From NCBI GenBank assembly GCA_963781585.1, contig CAWAGQ010000005.1, positions 128,001 through 192,000 of the forward strand: a stretch of 64,000 nucleotides of DNA, given 5' to 3'. Source of the stretch: an uncultured Gemmatimonadaceae bacterium (GTDB taxonomy: Bacteria; Gemmatimonadota; Gemmatimonadetes; Gemmatimonadales; Gemmatimonadaceae). Numbering within the stretch: the stretch's first letter is position 1; every line of letters begins with the position of its first letter. Positions 61,368 through 64,000 of this stretch are shown here, one piece after another. The notes under the pieces were generated by a model, which worked only from the letters and a program-made list of their open reading frames with translations, had not been told where the DNA came from and did not search any database. The position numbers were made by a program, and so were the translations under genes.

Positions 61368-63143
61368 CTATGGGTCGTGGGACCGGCCACCGGAGTTGCG
61401 CGACTGGTCCTGTTCGCCAACGCCGAGCGGCAGTTGCACCTCCACCCGCGTCCCCCTTCCCTCGCCACTCTCGATGTGCAGGAATCCGCCGTGCGCGACC
61501 GCAATCTGCCGCGCGATCGGGAGCCCCAGTCCCGTTCCCTCTTCTCTGGTTGAATAGAACGGATCGAGCACGCGATCGATCTGGTCGAGCGGTATGCCAT
61601 GACCGGTGTCCGCGACGACTACGTGGACGAACGACTCGTCCCGATCCACGGTGACCTGTGTTGATCCGCCAGCCGACAACGCCTGGGCGGAATTCAGGAA
61701 CAGGTTCAGGAACAGCTGCTCGAGCGCCAAGGCATCACCACGCACGATCACCGGCGCATCACCCGGGGCGCAATACAGGGCAGTGTCCCGCTCGGCAAAA
61801 GTGCACTCTGCGCCCCGCGCGGCGGCGAGCAGCACGTCGCGGAGATCGAGACGGCGTCGCGTTACTCTTCCTCCACGCGCGAGCCGTAACGAACTCGTCA
61901 CCGCACCGTCCAGCCGCCGCACCGAGGTGAGCGCGCGCTCGATCAACGCTCTGCTCTCGGTGTTGTCGCGCAGCTTCTCGTCCGCACGCTGCAGGTCCAC
62001 CCGAATCGAGGTCAGCGCATTGCGTACCTCATGCGACAGCGACGCCGCGTACTCCCCCACCGCCGCCAGCGCCTGACGCTGCGACAGGTCGCCCAGCGTC
62101 CGCCGCAGGCTCTCGGTCATGCGGTTGAATGCGCCGGCCACACGCCGCACTTCGGTGCTTCCCCGCGCCTCGACTCGGCCTTCCAGCTCGCCACCTGCCA
62201 CCGCATCCGCCGCGTCCGCCAGATTCTCGAGCGACGACGTGAGGCGCGTTGCCAGCCATGCCGTGAGCAGAATCGCCATCAGCGACGCGACCGCGACACT
62301 CATCACCCCGACGCGGGCCGCCGACTGAAATGGTGTCACATACCGCTCGCGCGGCCCGGCAACCACCAGATCGAGCGCCGGCTCCGCCATCACCTGCCGC
62401 ACCGCGATCCAGTCCTGGCCCGCGGCCGTGAATCGCTCGTGCCGGGTCAGCGAATCCGTGAACTCCGACGGCAGCAACCCGGATCCGGTACGACGGTCCA
62501 CCAGCTGCACCACCCCGCCGTTAGGCAGTCGCAGGGCCGTATCGGCCGGCAGGATGGCGCGCACCTGCACCAGCGCCGTCATTTCGCCGAGGGTGACGTG
62601 TTCGGACGATACCACCGGCAGACGCACCTGCATGCCCGCGGGCGCCACACCCGCACCGCTACGGCGCGAGGCATCCGCGGAATCTCCCGGTGTGGCATGC
62701 TGCAGCGTGAACACGACGTGTCCCGCAAGGTCGCGATACTCGGCCAGCGGAATGCCTGCGGACAAGGTAGCGAACAGCCGGCTGAGATACTGCGAGTCCG
62801 CCGTGGCCGGCGCGCCACCGCCTGCTGCGCTCAGGAGCCGCTGCGCCACCACGTTGCTCGCCAGGAGCCCAAGATCGGCGCGCCGGTACCCCCAGCGATC
62901 CTCGATCGCCGCCGCGATCCTCGCCCGTGATTCCTCCAGCTCCGAGCGCAGCAGCGATTCGCCCGCCCGCGAAATCGAGCTGGTCACAAAGAACCCGATC
63001 AGCGCGAGCGGCACCACCGCGGCCCCAAGCACGACCAGGATCACACGACCCCGGAGCGACCCGAACATCGCGCGCGGCGGCATGACGGCCCCGCCACCGG
63101 TCCCTCCTCCTCCGGCGTCAGGCACGCCGCCTGGTCTCGTCAT
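61368..63143 (-). CDS. Membrane sensor histidine kinase (HAMP, HisKA, HATPase)
   Basis: Two TM segments; SHEVRNALT, NLFLNS and DTGHGI..PFYST..GTGLGL. Confidence 0.94.
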   Translation of the reverse strand: MTRPGGVPDAGGGGTGGGAVMPPRAMFGSLRGRVILVVLGAAVVPLALIGFFVTSSISRAGESLLRSELEESRARIAAAIEDRWGYRRADLGLLASNVVAQRLLSAAGGGAPATADSQYLSRLFATLSAGIPLAEYRDLAGHVVFTLQHATPGDSADASRRSGAGVAPAGMQVRLPVVSSEHVTLGEMTALVQVRAILPADTALRLPNGGVVQLVDRRTGSGLLPSEFTDSLTRHERFTAAGQDWIAVRQVMAEPALDLVVAGPRERYVTPFQSAARVGVMSVAVASLMAILLTAWLATRLTSSLENLADAADAVAGGELEGRVEARGSTEVRRVAGAFNRMTESLRRTLGDLSQRQALAAVGEYAASLSHEVRNALTSIRVDLQRADEKLRDNTESRALIERALTSVRRLDGAVTSSLRLARGGRVTRRRLDLRDVLLAAARGAECTFAERDTALYCAPGDAPVIVRGDALALEQLFLNLFLNSAQALSAGGSTQVTVDRDESFVHVVVADTGHGIPLDQIDRVLDPFYSTREEGTGLGLPIARQIAVAHGGFLHIESGEGRGTRVEVQLPLGVGEQDQSRNSGGRSHDP

Positions 63144-63154
63144 GACCCGGATGG

Positions 63155-64000
63155 CTATTCGAGGTCGTACTTCTCGAGAAGCCGGTTGAGCCGCGGACGC
63201 GACACGCCGAGCAGCTCGGCGGCTCGGGCCTTGTGCCCGCCCGTCGCCTCCATCACGCGTCGCACGTGCTCGCGCTCCACCTCGTTCAGCGCCGCGATCG
63301 GCGCCGCCTGCGCCTTGCGCGGCGACGCCATGCTCAGATGCTCGGGCCGGATTACTCCCCCGGACGCCACCACCACCGCGCGCGCCAGGCAGTTCTCCAG
63401 CTCCCGCACGTTGCCGGGCCAGTCGTACTCCATCAGCCGCGCGAGTGCCTCCCGCGACAGCACGGCCGGTGCCGCTGCCGACGCCGCGCTCAGCCGCCGG
63501 ATGAGCTCCTCGGCGAGCTGCGGAATGTCGGTCCGCCGCTCGCGGAGTGGCGGCAACGCGATCTCCACGACCCGCAGTCGGTAATACAGGTCCTCGCGGA
63601 ACGTGCCCTCGTCGAGCATCGCTTCCAGATCGCGATGAGTGGCTGCGATCACGCGCGCGTCGGTGCGCTCGCTCTTCTCCGCGCCTAACGGCTCGAACTC
63701 ATGGTCCTGGATGACCCGCAGCAACTTGGTCTGGAAGTCCGGCGAGGTATCCCCGATCTCGTCCAGGAAAATCGTGCCGCGGCCGGCCAGGGCGAACCGC
63801 CCCTTGCGCGCGTTCACCGCCCCGGTGAACGCGCCGCGGGTGTGACCGAACAGCTCCGACTCCAGCAGCGCGGTGGGAAGCGCGGTGCAATTCACCGGAA
63901 CGAACGGTTCGGCCGCCGCCGCCGAGTTGGCGTGGATGGCACGGGCGACCAGCTCCTTGCCGGTGCCGCTTTCGCCGCGAATCAGCACGGTGGCGCGCGT
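63155..64000 (-). CDS. Sigma-54-dependent (NtrC-family) activator, 5' end outside the window
   Basis: [35 protein letters not shown] and Fis HTH. Confidence 0.96.
   Translation of the reverse strand, partial: TRATVLIRGESGTGKELVARAIHANSAAAAEPFVPVNCTALPTALLESELFGHTRGAFTGAVNARKGRFALAGRGTIFLDEIGDTSPDFQTKLLRVIQDHEFEPLGAEKSERTDARVIAATHRDLEAMLDEGTFREDLYYRLRVVEIALPPLRERRTDIPQLAEELIRRLSAASAAAPAVLSREALARLMEYDWPGNVRELENCLARAVVVASGGVIRPEHLSMASPRKAQAAPIAALNEVEREHVRRVMEATGGHKARAAELLGVSRPRLNRLLEKYDLE

Overview
High-GC bacterial genomic DNA. The gene repertoire (TPR-fused Ser/Thr kinase, carboxypeptidase-regulatory/plug proteins, paired VPS10-type propellers, amidohydrolase triplet) suggests Gemmatimonadota; this is inference only. 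I saw no rRNA, tRNA, CRISPR array, integrase or transposase. Most of the window is ordinary chromosome: peptidases, antiporters, a glycosyltransferase operon, two-component systems and a TM0106 nuclease-helicase. Many genes carry single-base frameshifts that look like long-read assembly errors. Two things stand out. (1) A ~10 kb accessory island (4.7-14.4 kb) between an M20 peptidase and a DMT transporter carries two parallel cassettes. Each is a small Sec-exported, even-cysteine peptide (6 and 8 Cys) followed directly by its own DsbA-family oxidase and a large exported partner. The cassettes share a diverged leader and a palindrome, and the island also holds an atypical LuxR regulator, a vapBC pair and scars made of fragments of both flanking genes. 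This is a candidate undescribed disulfide-rich peptide system that accumulates by recombination. (2) The non-palindromic 8-mer CGTTAGGC/GCCTAACG occurs at least 24 times (12 per strand), mostly inside genes, where it forces rare TTA or CCT codons.
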